A stretch of 64,000 nt of DNA, taken from Eledone cirrhosa. Its lineage: Eukaryota. The notes under the pieces were generated by a model that did not search any database, was not told where the DNA came from, and worked only from the letters and a program-made list of their open reading frames with translations. The stretch covers positions 33,170,001 to 33,234,000 of the forward strand of contig OZ024746.1 of NCBI GenBank assembly GCA_964016885.1, written 5' to 3'. The position numbers were made by a program, and so were the translations under genes. This document shows positions 40,421-53,532 of this stretch, piece by piece. How positions within the stretch are numbered: the stretch's first letter is position 1; each line of letters opens with the position of its first letter.

Positions 40421-40508
40421 GTATGTATGTATGTATGTATGTATGTATGTATGTATGTATGTATGTATGTATGTATGTATGTATGTATGTATGTATGTAT
40501 GTATGTAT
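40421..40508. repeat. (GTAT)n microsatellite
   Basis: Seen directly in sequence. Confidence 0.95.
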
Positions 40509-40510
40509 AT

Positions 40511-40893
40511 ATGAGGGTGTTAAAGTTTGCTTGAAGCATTGTGAAATGTGTAAAATACGTATTTAAGAAAGCCACAACAATGCAGAGGGAAATCTCGAGG
40601 TAGGAAATGAAAGATAGATAGGAAAAACAGGTGAAAGTGAAAATTGAGAGAGACAAAGATGAAAACAAAACAAAGGTAGAAGGGTTACCGTAGTAGAGCT
40701 TTAATCCCAATATTTCGGGCTCACGCCCATCAACGGGGGAAAGTTCCAAAAGGGGGGGAACAGGCCAAGCGGAGAAAGTTGTGATGTCGTTAAGACAGGA
40801 ATGCCGTTTTTCACTTTCACCTGTTTTTCCTATCTATCTTTCACTTCCTACCTCGAGATTTCCCTCTGCATTGTTGTGGCTTTCTTAAATACG

Positions 40894-40900
<7 letters not shown>
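40511..40900 (-). mobile_element. Family K fold-back element with a minimal HHR
   Basis: Arms 40551-40643 and 40807-40900. Minus strand 40740-40705: TCCC-CCGTTGA-T-GGGC-GTGA-GCCC-GAAA-TA-TT-GGGA. Confidence 0.75.
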
Positions 40901-40954
<54 letters not shown>

Positions 40955-41781
40955 CACACACGCTCACCTACATACATAAAACTCTAAACATTGATGAGGT
41001 AAAAGCGGTCTTCTCATTGGCCTCTTTGTTTGACTACACCAATGTCCATGTTTCCTTTTCCATCTTCTTTCTAACGTGAACTATAGTAATCCTTCTGATT
41101 TTCTACGTTATACGCCACAGTTACTAGTTCGCTGTAATATGTTCGATGGACATTTTGGAGGTTGTACAGTTGGGAATCCTTGGAATGTACATTGTATAAT
41201 TGTTAGCGTATAGTATAAGGACGCAACGAGTTTAACAATGATTCTCGGATCTGAACCTATGGTGGCATTGGTGTTTCTATTTGTAAAAGAGCCAATGGAA
41301 CCTGGACTTGTTTTTTTCCCATTTTTTGCAATACATCCTTCTCTCTTATATCATCTGTCTCTCCAGTTTTAGAGTCAGAAGAAGAATAAGTACATGTTAC
41401 CTTGTCAATATAATAGTTGGTCTTTACTCGGTCTCACCAGGTTTGTATTTTCTTTCAGCAACACTCTAAATAGCTCTACATTCTTCGAGGGTCATTAAGA
41501 CTAGTACATCCACAGATATGCATGCTCAGATATACTCCAGAGATATACATGCAGTATTTGGGGACTATAGCTGTTACCACCGAAATTAATATATGCAAAC
41601 ATTTAAGGAGGGAATTTACAAAATATTTAGGAAAACAAGAACATAACATAGTTAATAACAGATTCTATTTTAGTTATAAGGCAAATAATGACGTACTTTT
41701 CAAGAGTACATCCACATTGCCTGAAAAATCTACATTGTCAGTCAGGTTTTCTTGTGTTTATATATATATATATATATATAT

Positions 41782-42160
41782 CCAGGGGGTGTAACTAGGA
41801 GTTACTGCAGGTTCACCCGCGGCAGCACTCGATGTTTAGGTTCACTTCTGTGATGAGGTGATGACCATCACCAACATCTCACCATCACATCCACCCCCAT
41901 ATACACTACAGGCCAGTACATCGCCTTGACCCTTCCCACCAATCAATACAACTCATTTTGTCAAACTCTTGAAACTCTGTCTTTACCACATAACATGTAT
42001 TTCATTTTCTTATAGCATTTTAAGAGGGTCCGTCGAGCTGCCTATTATTGAGTCGGGTAGGATCGATATAGATCGAACCTTGAGCTGATCAGTGGCGAAA
42101 CGCGCGTCACCTATCAATAAATGCAATGAAGGAATAATCAATCGTCCTTGTTATCCTTTC
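41782..42160 (+). mobile_element. Family J TA-flanked element with HHR 3' half
   Basis: GC-GAAA-CGCGCG-TC-ACCTAT then AATAAA at about 42095-42121. (TA)n on both sides. Confidence 0.6.
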
Positions 42161-42371
42161 AATATATATATATATATATACCCCATACATTCAGCATTAA
42201 GAATGAAGTAAAACAAACTTCAGGACACTCCGAATATTTTATAAGGTATACGTAACTTCTCCATGTATTTTATGCAATATAGTATATTTACATCTATGAT
42301 TACATATTTGGGACTCATTCTTTCCCGATTACCACCATACATTTAGGCAATATATATATATATATATTGTA

Positions 42372-42540
42372 AGTCCCAACCCACACTGTAAAGTGGTCGT
42401 GGAGGTGCTACGGAAAAAAAAACACCCAGCACTCACTGTAAATGAGGTTGGTGTTCGGAAGGGCATCCAGCTGTAGAAATCGAGCCAGAATCAGTTCCCG
42501 TATGAGCACGGCATGGTCAGCCGACCGGACACTGCCCACA
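42372..42540 (+). mobile_element. Fragment of a second SINE or RTE-related repeat
   Basis: 'ggttggtgttcggaagggcatccagctgtagaaa' motif, recognised from memory as typical of RTE-associated SINE tails. Confidence 0.45.
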
Positions 42541-42670
42541 ACATATATGTATATATATACACACACACACACACACGCACACACACACACACACACACGC
42601 ACACATACACATACACGCACACACACACACACACGCGCACACACATACACACATACACATACACGCACAC

Positions 42671-42795
<125 letters not shown>

Positions 42796-43194
42796 CATAT
42801 TTGTGTGTGCACATTTTATTTTGACGTCAGATCTGTTGTGGGCATCGTTTTGTAGTTGATGGATAACATTGCTGAATATTTAACCTTTATATCCTACGAA
42901 ATAAAATTATACATTTCAGTAAACGGAAGCTTTCTTCTAGTTGGTTATCGTATATTCAGATATAAAACAAATAAAAAATAATACCAGTCTATGTTATGTG
43001 ATACTCAGTCGTTTATTTTCGAGGTTTAGTTTTAAATGTCGCCATCATTAGATATTGGATACCATATTTATCTATACGAGTGACGTTATATACTTCTTAT
43101 ACAGTTTTCTTTATTCTCTAAGGAATGAAAGTAGAATAATGTGTCCAATAAGTCAACCTTGCCAGACCAATATCTCAAACCAACTCTCAATGTG

Positions 43195-43470
<276 letters not shown>

Positions 43471-43675
43471 TATATATATGTGTGTGTTTGTGTGTACGTT
43501 CTGTTTTTGTATGTTTGTGTGTGGGAAATGTGTGAGTATGTGTGAGCGGAGATGTGCCCTTCAGAACAGAAAATATATTGCTGAACACATAGAAATTCAA
43601 TAATACTATTTTCTTTTAGTATGATACTCTCACATATTATATACATTCACAAACACACACACACACACAACACTC

Positions 43676-43775
<100 letters not shown>

Positions 43776-43791
43776 TAAAATAACAGATTAA

Positions 43792-43842
43792 AGTTTAAGC
43801 AAAGAATCGCTGCTTTCACCCTTAACGGTATCTTCTGAAACT
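43792..43842 (-). ncRNA. Hammerhead motif with U4A core
   Basis: AGTTT-CAGAAGA-T-ACC-GTTAAG-GGT-GAAA-GCA..TGC-TT-AAACT, then AATAAA and (TA)n. Confidence 0.6.
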
Positions 43843-43859
43843 ATTATTATTATTATTAC

Positions 43860-43913
<54 letters not shown>

Positions 43914-44529
43914 TATATATGATGTGTGTGTGTTTGTGAATGTATATAATATATATACATGTTGTGCAGTCACTTTCTCATGGTTTTCCTTGAGGGTAAA
44001 TTATTAGCCCATTCCTAAATGAAGAAATATTTGTATTTTGTAAAAGACTAAAAGCTGGAGGTGACTAATAAATTGGTGTCGACGGTAAGAACGATATTCA
44101 GAAGGAAGTCCCGAGATCTTAGGGCCAACATCAAGTTTAACTTCTATGAAGAGAATAATTTTAGTTTGTGGGAAAAAAAAATGAACTTCGTTTAAGTAAG
44201 AAAATCTACTCAAGTGGGGGATAGACAGCAAGCAATGTAATTTTCAAAGAGAAATCATTGTTATGGAGATGTTAATTAAGAGGCGTTTAATGGAACAGTT
44301 AGAATTTAGACATATATCTAACTGTGGATCAAAACTAGACTAACTCAATAAACAACCAGAAGTCACTCATTCTTCGTTGTAAGTTTGCAATACTTCAACG
44401 AAACACAGTTGCTTTTCTTTGGTATCGAGTCGTGTTGGATTAGAAATTAACTGCAATGAAAGACATTTGCTATAGCTTATAAAAATAGGGCAAATCACGT
44501 TAGAGACAGAAAAAAGGAAGTTGACTGAG

Positions 44530-44600
44530 TACGCAACGAGGAATTGAACCTCGTGTCTCTCAGAAAACAGTTGAGAGCTCTAGCCATTTTCCTAAGGACC
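44530..44600 (-). other. tRNA-like (Pol III A/B box) sequence, probably a SINE head or pseudo-tRNA
   Basis: Minus strand: ..AAAATGGCTAGAGCTCTCAACTGTTTTCTGAGAGACACGAGGTTCAATTCCTCG; T-arm CGAGG/CCTCG. Confidence 0.5.
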
Positions 44601-45153
44601 TCTGACAATAACTTACCCTCTAAATCAAGGAACTGAATCAACTCTTTTACCAGTCGCTAAGGGTCTTTACTCTATTTTTATGAACTATTTTATAACAACT
44701 GATTGCTTGCATATACTTTCTTCTTTTGAGCATCCTACATATTCTATAAATTTCTCCCGCTGCGTTTGTTAAGTTCAAAAGTTCGAACTTCGTCCACGAT
44801 GTTTGTTTGCATTCTCAAAAGCTGCTCCATTCAGCTCCTCAGTTAAGACGGAATGATGTCGTCAGATGTCCCTTAGATCAATGGCTAGGTATCTGATATA
44901 TGCGAGGCTTGTAGCGACCGCTAAAAGCTCTTTTCCCGTATCTAGGTGTCTTTCCCATGCATAGGGGCTCGATATACAAATTGGTAAATTCATCAGTTAG
45001 GCAATAAACAGGAAACCCATGTCGCTTCACCGTTATGACACATGCGTATGTATGTATATATGTATGTATGTAGGTATGTATGTACACATAGGAATATATT
45101 TCGAGGTATGGACCTGTTATTTTTCTCTAAAAATCTTTTCCCTTTCCGCCCTG

Positions 45154-45403
45154 ACGTACATAGGTGAGACAGCACGTAGCATAGGAGAAAGAATAGACCA
45201 ATACTCGGGGAAATTAAAAGGACAAAAAAAAAAGGTTCAGTACTATACGAACACGCCAGACCACAACATGACAGTAACATAGATAACATAGAAATTAGAA
45301 TAATATCTAAACATAAAAATGACCCAACAGGTAGGCAAATCAGAGAAGCAAGTGAAATAGAGCTTAGAAAGCCAAAGCTAAACAGAAAAAATGAATGGAA
45401 TAA
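45154..45403 (+). pseudogene. Penelope-like GIY-YIG endonuclease C-terminal fragment
   Basis: TYIGETARSIGERIDQY, then a frameshift in a poly-A run, then SVLYEHA..H...IEIRIISKH..DPTGRQIREASEIELRKPKLNRKNEW. Confidence 0.8.
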
Positions 45404-45926
45404 CAACAACACCCAAACAAACAATACTGACTTAAGAGAAATATAAATAAATAAATAAATAAATAAATAAATATATACACAAGCACAATACCAACAAACA
45501 CATAAAAACACACTAATAAACTAAGATAGAATACAATAACCAAAACACATACACCCAAACGCGAACACACACACCAAACAGTATACACACACGCAAACGC
45601 ATGCACAGAGACGGAGAAATAAATAAATAAATAACTAGATAAAATAAAGATGGCGTAGACATACAATACAACAGGAGGAACATAATAGTACTACTGATGA
45701 TGTTACAGATGTGCAACGAAAGAACTTGTTAGATTATATATATATATTTATATATGTATTTTTGACCGTTGGTCAGTCAGTGATAAACATTGATTGCCAA
45801 ATAAATTATCTATGGAGATATAAAAGATGCAGAAACGAAAACCAACCAAACAGTGAGTGTGTTCTGTTATTATTTCTGGCAATATTATTACAACAATATG
45901 ACCCTCCCCACACAATTTCATATAAA

Positions 45927-45931
<5 letters not shown>
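45154..45931 (+). mobile_element. 5'-truncated Penelope-like element (family H-related) with an HHR in the 3' region
   Basis: GIY-YIG relic, then CTA-CTGATGA (45694-45700)-TGTTACAGATGTGCAAC-GAAA-GAAC-TT, tail 'atgaccctccc', then (TA)n. Confidence 0.75.
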
Positions 45932-46010
<79 letters not shown>

Positions 46011-46015
<5 letters not shown>

Positions 46016-46363
46016 GTTTGAATTTGTAAAGCCAAACAATGCAGGTATGGGCGTAGAATAAAAATGCAAATGCAACAGATATTGTTGACAATTAGTCTTT
46101 TACCTTAGATTTATTTAAATGTCTTTAATTGACTTGGCAAGCTATTTAGAACACAGGTTTAACTGCTTTACTTCCCTCCGAAGAAGAGATATTATCTCGA
46201 AAATTAAGGACATTAAAATAAATCTAAGGTAAAAGACTAATTGTCAACAATATCTTTTGCATTTGCATTTTTATTCTACGTCCATACCTGCATTGTTTGG
46301 CTTTACAAATTCAAACGTTTATACCTCATTGCACAATGCTTCAAGTGAACTACAACTTCCTCC
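46011..46363 (+). mobile_element. Family K fold-back element with a minimal HHR
   Basis: Arms 46011-46130 and 46202-46321. CCT-CCGAAGA-A-GAGAT-ATT-ATCTC-GAAA-AT-TA-AGG at 46175-46209. Confidence 0.8.
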
Positions 46364-46371
46364 ATATATAT

Positions 46372-46759
46372 ATAATGAAAAATTAGAAATTAGAAGTTAA
46401 GATTATCCGTCATCAGTTGTCTACTAGGTATCATAGGTATTTCTTAGCGTTAGAGACAAGATACCTCAGCCTAGGGCGATTCAATAACTAAAATAAGTTA
46501 TTGGGATAAAAAGAAGTGGGTGGAGAAAGAGAAAGACATGTAAATAGACACGAAGGGTTCAGCAACGTAAAGAGAGGGAAAAACCAAAAATATCAAGTCA
46601 ATAATTCATTTAGAACAATGTTTATCCCAATAACTTATTTTAGTTATTGAATCGCCCTAGGCTGAGGTATCTTGTCTCTAACGCGAAGAAATGTCTATGA
46701 TACCTAGTAGACAACTGATGTCAGATAATCCTAACTTCTAATTTCTAATTTTTTTATTA
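46372..46759. repeat. TA-flanked fold-back element (arms of about 139 bp, 110-bp spacer)
   Basis: 46372-46510 is the reverse complement of 46621-46759 with scattered mismatches. Confidence 0.85.
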
Positions 46760-48740
46760 TTTATATATATATAAAGAGATTGATTGATAGCTAGATAATT
46801 AAACAGCAGAGAAGATACAGAGACACCCACAAAGATTTATGATACCATAGGTAAAACATTTTTCCATTAATAAATAAAGTTTGTATACTTTCTATATATA
46901 TCAGACGTATCTAAATTATCTGTCAGTTTATGCCTTGAGAAATATAAGCATTTTGGCCAAGTGTTTGTGACATTATGTTTAACATAAACATTGTTGTTAT
47001 TCTACTGAATGTTGCAAATTCCAATCAACTGAGAACCTTTGTTACACTTAGACATAAAATATATCACATTTACACACATAGATAGACACACATGCACACA
47101 CACATACACACATACATACATACATACATATATTTATATATGAAAGGACTTTGGGCATTGAGTGTTTATGTATTTTAGAAGTGTAAGGAACTCAAACGCA
47201 GAAGCAGAAATAGTTGTAAAGCAGCCCCTGATAATAGTAAAGAATTGAGTGAACACTATATGCATCCAACAACCACTTCTTGCGAACTTTCCTCTTGCAA
47301 TATTCAGTTACATTATTTAATACACTTTGATACTACATGGACCTTCTTGAATAGTTAGTTTTAACTGTTGTTTTCGACGGCTATTGTTTCAAAAATTGCG
47401 ATAGAATTGTTACTACTTCATTCATATTTTCTTTTGAGGGAGTGGGTAGGCTTTGATTCAGTTTCTACTATATGAATCACTTCTTTAATGTTTCAATGTT
47501 GGATTGTCCCGATATGTAGAAAAGATCTGCACCTCATTTTCAATGAGTATGCTGGCGTGTTGCTATTTGGCACGTTGAGATAGCACAGTTCATGTATCAT
47601 TCCACCTATGATACAAGTTATTTTCCCAATGTTGGTTGTGATGATGTTCCACCGTGAATCACATACTGTACGCATACTTTCTCTGCTTATAATTTATTTG
47701 TGGTTTTAACTTACACACTATGCAATTAAAATAGTAGGCGAAGTTTTCAGAATTAGGGAATTGATTAATCTAGTTTTATACCAACTGAATTCTAAGTTTC
47801 ATGTTTTCTAAAGCTTTCTAAAGAATACGTTAGTTCACTCTATGGTTAACTTTTTATCGATCATTATATGAACTGTTATGTTCTCCGAAGTACGCTATTA
47901 CTGAAAAATATAAAGCTAGAGTGGTAATCCATTTGATGACAGATTATAATAATTAACAACTTAATGTCTTAAAATATATCTAAAACTACGATGCCTTAAA
48001 CAAAAGAATACGATGGTCTATGCTCGTATACCTTGCACTAAATCAACAACAGCTACCCCAATTCTGACAAGAAGAACATCATCAACATGGATTCCACGAT
48101 TAACACCACCAACCTAAACATCTTTACAATGAAATACACCCAACTAATCACCCAGCCACCACAAACCATTCACAACGTGGCTTTCAGAAAGATATAATAC
48201 TGGACAAACTGAGACACGAGAACATATTTGAAGACCTGATGTTCGTGTGCACACATAAGAAAAGAAACAATAAAACCAAACAAAAACAAAAAACAAAACA
48301 AAACATAATCTAAAATAAATAATTAAAAACAACAGACACATTTTTCTGAAATTCATGAATATGCAAATTTTCTCAATGCTTTATGCAAATTAATGTCCAT
48401 ACTATTTTTTTCCATTCATACATCTTGAGCATTTATTTAATGTTTCTTGTTTATCATTATCATTACTATTTTCTAAAATTTTGTATTATCATTAGAATTA
48501 TTTTTATTTCTGTATTTTCTGTTTTTTTTTAAAAATTAATTCATGTCCCATCCTCTCAACCACATCTTCTCCAATACTGATTTCTTATGAATGGAATTTC
48601 AGGAAAATAAGAAATTTCAAAATACAAAATTGAAAACAACACTCCTCCCATCTCCCATATAAAAAAATCTGAATAAAATGTAATAGAAAAGAAACAAACA
48701 CGAGTGAAAAATCTTTTTTATTGTAGAATTGACTGAAATG

Positions 48741-48818
<78 letters not shown>

Positions 48819-49970
48819 GAATAATAATAATAACTGTTACTACGTTAGGCACATAATGACGTCAGCTGTCACGTGATAGAGACTCAAATTCTACTACAAA
48901 GGTCGACAAAAGCGTCACCACCTCCACCACCAACAATGCCATCACTATCACCTCCACCACTATAGACAACAAGTCCACTGTCGTCTACATCATCAGCAAC
49001 AACAACAACAGTAGCGAAATCGGAAAAGACGACGTACACAACAGAACCAGCAAAAACGACAATGGCAACAGCAACAACTATAAAAATAATAACAAAGATA
49101 ACAAGAACGACAGCGTCAGCAACACGAAAAATAACAACAATAATAAAAACAGTGACAATAACAACGAGAGCACCAACAGCAGTAGCAGGAACAGCAGCAG
49201 TAGCAGCAGCAGCAACAGCAACAGCAGTAGCAGCAACAGCAGCAGCAGCAACAACAATAACAGCAATAACTTCAAAAACCGTTCGCAGCACCAGCTGAAA
49301 AAACTGTGGAATTGTTCCATAATACCAGAGCGCCACAAGCCACCATCAGAACAAAAACAGAATAACAACAGCAACACCAACCAGACGAGCTGTAGAAGCA
49401 TCAACAGCAAAACCAAAAATTGCAGCGAAACCCTTAAAACAACCATCAAATGTGGGATTAAAGACAAACAATTGGAAACATCCCAGAGGGCATCCCAATG
49501 AAGAAACTCTTTCTCCGTCTCCTCTAAATATAAACCCACACAAAAATAAACACACCTTCAGTACCATCCGATAAAGATCCTACAGACACAAGGACCTCCG
49601 CATTATGAACTGAAGTTTAGGAGGAACCCCAAAAGCGAAAAAACAAACAAAAAAAAAAAACACAAAAAGATATCTGACATCAAAACAACACACAGAAAAC
49701 AAAGACATCACGCAGACAACAAATACAGACAAATCCACAAGAAAACGGGCATCATCAAAATCACATCCACCGATACTACCACCGCTACGATCAGGAGGAT
49801 AACCAAACAAACGAAAACACGCAAAACCACTATAAGCAACCACAGATACACCAAACCATGTAGAAATAAGAAGGGCCAGCTCAGAAGTGATGTCCTCAGA
49901 GTACGAAGTAAATCGATTAAGAAAGAGGGGAGGTTTTCGGCCCTAGCATATTGAAAGTAACTGAAACGTT

Positions 49971-50162
49971 AATAATTTTTTCTACTTTAGGCACAAGGCC
50001 AGCAATTACCCAGTGCATTACTGGTACTTTATTTTATCGACCCCGTAAGGATGAAAGGCAAAGTCAACCTCGGCGGGATTTGAACTCAGATTGTAAAGAG
50101 ACGTAACTATGCTGGAAAGCATGGCGTCCGACCCTCTACCGATACTGCCAATCCACCGCCCT
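49971..50162 (-). mobile_element. Young tRNA-derived SINE with a 15-bp TSD
   Basis: TSD tgaaacgttaataat at 49962-49976 and 50163-50177. Confidence 0.92.
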
Positions 50163-50384
50163 TGAAACGTTAATAATGATACAAACCTCCGCATTATGCG
50201 TACAAAGTCATTAGAGAGAGCTCCACCAATAATGTGGGAGCCCATAATATAGAAGCCTCGAGTCGGCTTTATAAAGGGTTCCCAAAAGAGACCTCACCAA
50301 ATATAGAGGACGAACCCCAAGGCCCCCCCAAAGCACCCAAAGGGTAAGTAGCCTCCTCCTTTTTTCTCTTAGGTAACCAGTAAA

Positions 50385-52400
50385 CGTGGCAATTATAAGA
50401 GTAGGATGCTTAATACTCGTGGCCTGGGGTCGTCCTGGAAGCAAGGTCGCTTGCTGAACGACCTCACGTCACTAGGTATGGATACGACTGCCGTCAGCGA
50501 GACCAGGATTTCCGACACGTGCGCACTAGTGCACATTTTTAACGACTATGAGATCTTCTCATCTGATAGTCGGCCTGGAATAGGAGGCGGGGTGTCAACG
50601 TTGCTTAGGAAAAGCCTGGAACTCGAGGTGCGGACGATCTTCCTAGAACTCAATGGTAAGTTGGTAGTCCTGGACGTAAGTAATATTGATCGGTGTGCCT
50701 TTAGAATTGTGACTGTTTACGCCCCACCCGGGAATTGATGGATATATTTCTTTAGCGGCCTGGAAACATTTCTAGGAACCTATCGCACCATACTGATAGC
50801 TGGGGACTTTATGGAGTAGGATTTTGGAAGCACGCTGGGATTGTGTAGGAGTAGCAGATAAAAGTGGATGTACAAATTCCTAAAAAACTGGACTAGGTAG
50901 TTCCAACTCTCTGACGGCTACCGATGAGATTTCCATTTCCCGAAAGTAATTGTGTGGATCTGGGTCAATTGCATAGGTTCAGTTACATCGAATATAGAGA
51001 GGTTATTCATTAGGTTAGCAGTTGCAGGTAGCATAGTGTGCCCACAATTTCAAAAGATCGTTTATTCCAACCACAAATTCGTTATCCTCATGGTAGACCA
51101 ATATAGAACAAGAAGGCATAAAGCCTTCAGAACCCAGGTAAGCACTTCAGTTAAGCGTAATTTGACAGGTGCTGTCGTCAAAAACTGGTTGTAGGGGCTC
51201 TCAAGAGAGTGATTAAAGTAGAATCGAAGATAGTTAGTGAGGAAGTAGCGATAGGAAAAAAAGAAAGGAGGGTTTATAAGTAGGTAAATTAGAGTTGCAT
51301 GGCATTGCAACCGACGAGCTAGCGGTGAGATTCGTACTAGACCATCTTTTTCAATGTGAAACAAAGTTTACATTGTCATAGCAAAGGCACGGATCTAAGA
51401 AACGAGGGAACGATAGCTTTTAGATGATCCTGAATGGCTGAGGCAGACGCCAGTTCCTATCTCGACGGCTTTCCACGACATTCGGTGACTGATGTGGAGT
51501 GTTGCGATAAACAGATAGCTCTAGCTGAGATTCGGGAAGACCTGGCGGACAGTACCAGGCGCAAATCATCAGTTTTGGATGATCTGCCCTATTAGTTTTA
51601 CGTAGTCATGCCAGAATTGTTTCCCTTTAGTTCGAAGCCGACTACTGCAACTGGCATCAGAATGGTAGAATTCCCAGTTCTGTGAGATGTGGCGTAGTAA
51701 CGTTGATGAAGAAAGAGAAGAACAAAAGGGACGTCGTTGATAAGTTCCCGCCCATAACTCTGATAAACATAGAGTTTATGATTTTGGACAAGAATCTAGC
51801 AATGAGGTTGCCACTTGTCGACAGGATCCCGGTAAGGTAGGTATACACATGAACATCTCCAGCTCTTACGATACATTATAGAAATAGTAGCGAGTTAACT
51901 TGGCTTCGGTGCTACTCTGTTCAATTTGGATTAATCGAACGCTTGCAATAAAGCCAACCCTCTTCAAGGCATGGTTAACTGCATTTTACAACATGTGCTT
52001 GGTGGTCAAGTAAATGGCCACATATCTGAACATTTCAGTATCATGGGATAATTCCGTCAACGCTTTACTCTTTCACTTTTGTGTGTACTTATATGAGAGA
52101 TATTACTACAAAAACTAAATACGTTGATGGGGTAAACCACATGAACTAATATGTGGAGTGTCTTTGTCGACATACGCGGACGTTACCACAGTTTTAGTGT
52201 CGAATACAAAGAAAATCGTAGTTATCTGCACCTGTTTAAGAGAGTACGAGATGGTGACAGCAGGAAAAATTAAACAGGATAAGTCAGTGAGACAGCAACT
52301 TCACACCGGGGAGGCAAACGCATGATGCCCAAGCGCGCCGTAGAGCACTGGAAGGACAGGCTGATTAAAGTACTTTGGGTCTGTCTAGGTCCAGATCACC
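50385..52400 (+). mobile_element. Degenerate Tx1/L1-clade LINE ORF2 (AP endonuclease and RT)
   Basis: LNTRGL..SET..GGGV..VYAP (ORF 50406-50738). Downstream KSSVLDDLPY*FY, GVVTLMKK..FPPITLIN, and YAD near 52173. Many stops. Confidence 0.85.
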
Positions 52401-52902
52401 AATGAGCTCTTTTATTTTTAAATGTTCAAAACACGCTGTATGTCATGACGCAACCCCATTATGATTCCTTGAGGATGTGAGTGCAGAACGAAGCGATGAA
52501 CCAGAGAATTTGAAGTCAATAGCTTGCCATTATAGATGTCAGGCAAAGAGCGGATCATAATTGAGAGTGTGATATGAATTCAGAATGTGACAAAACTACA
52601 TTAAACGCTAAATAATTAATGACAGCATCAAGGATACTAACAAAATCATTGCATTATTGCGGAATCTAATACCACTGTTTGCATTATTATTAACACAATA
52701 GAAAGAAGTCAAAACATAAAAACAAACAAGGCCAACAACAACAACAACAACAACGCCAACACCAACAAAACCGAGAACGCTGTAAACATCAACATTAATC
52801 TGAACCTCACCGCCACCATAACCACTGTAGAGATCCCTAACATACCCACGTACCACCGGCAAAAGCAATAACAGCAACAACAAAATATATTATTACCAGT
52901 AC

Positions 52903-53090
52903 GGTGGATTGGCAGTATCAGTAGAGGGTCGGACGCCATGCTTTCCAGCATAGTTACGTCCCTTTACAATCTGAGTTCAAATCCCGCCGAGGTTGACTTT
53001 GCCTTTCATCCTTACGGGGTCGATACAATAAAGTACCAGTAATGCACTGGGTAATTGCTGGCCTTGTGCCTAAAGTAGAAACAATTATTA
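52903..53090 (+). mobile_element. Young tRNA-derived SINE with a 14-bp TSD
   Basis: attattaccagtac (52889-52902) and attattacaagtac (53084-53097). Confidence 0.92.
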
Positions 53091-53177
53091 CAAGTACTCC
53101 TATTAATTTTCAATGCAAGCTTATAGCCAGGTCAATGTATGCTTGTATTGGATTTGTGTTTACTAATAATGTTCTAC

Positions 53178-53532
53178 TCAAGGCCAGCAACTCGAAGGGA
53201 ATCTACAAGAGTGGCTTACTGGTACTTTACATTATTGACATGGTATGGATGAAAGGCAAAGCTAAATTTGGTGGGATTGGATCTCAGAATGTAAAGAGCC
53301 GTAACAACCAGCTGAAATGCATTTCCTCCGACGCGCTAACAATTCTGTCAATCTGCCGCCCTTGTGTTTATTAATGATTATTTATACTTTTGGCACAAGG
53401 CCAGCAATTACCCCAGTGCATTACTGGTGCTTAATTTATCGACCCCGTAAGGATGAAAGTTAACCTCGGCGGGATTTGAACCCAGAACGCAAAAGGCCAT
53501 AACTGTATTCTGCAAAGCATGGTGTCTGACGC
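53178..53532 (-). mobile_element. Two older SINE copies
   Basis: Reverse-complement family motifs at 53178-53362 and 53372-53532. Confidence 0.8.

Noticed and set aside
39139-40749. 536-aa ORF as a single gene
   Set aside because: The first ~110 aa come from a family K element and a (CATA)n tract that happen to be in frame with a truncated LINE.
42085-42091. CTGATCA as a hammerhead catalytic core in family J
   Set aside because: It breaks the C3-G8 pair and has no closing helix II. It is better explained as the 3' strand of a long helix II.
46399-46410. CTGATGA on the minus strand (also near 44990)
   Set aside because: No properly placed helix II-GAAA-helix III-UH, so treated as a chance core match.
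48884-49843. Ala/Val/Thr/Leu-rich ORFs
   Set aside because: Decayed (GCA)n/(CAA)n low-complexity sequence with no domain or splice evidence. A Tx1 ORF1 remnant nearby could not be supported.
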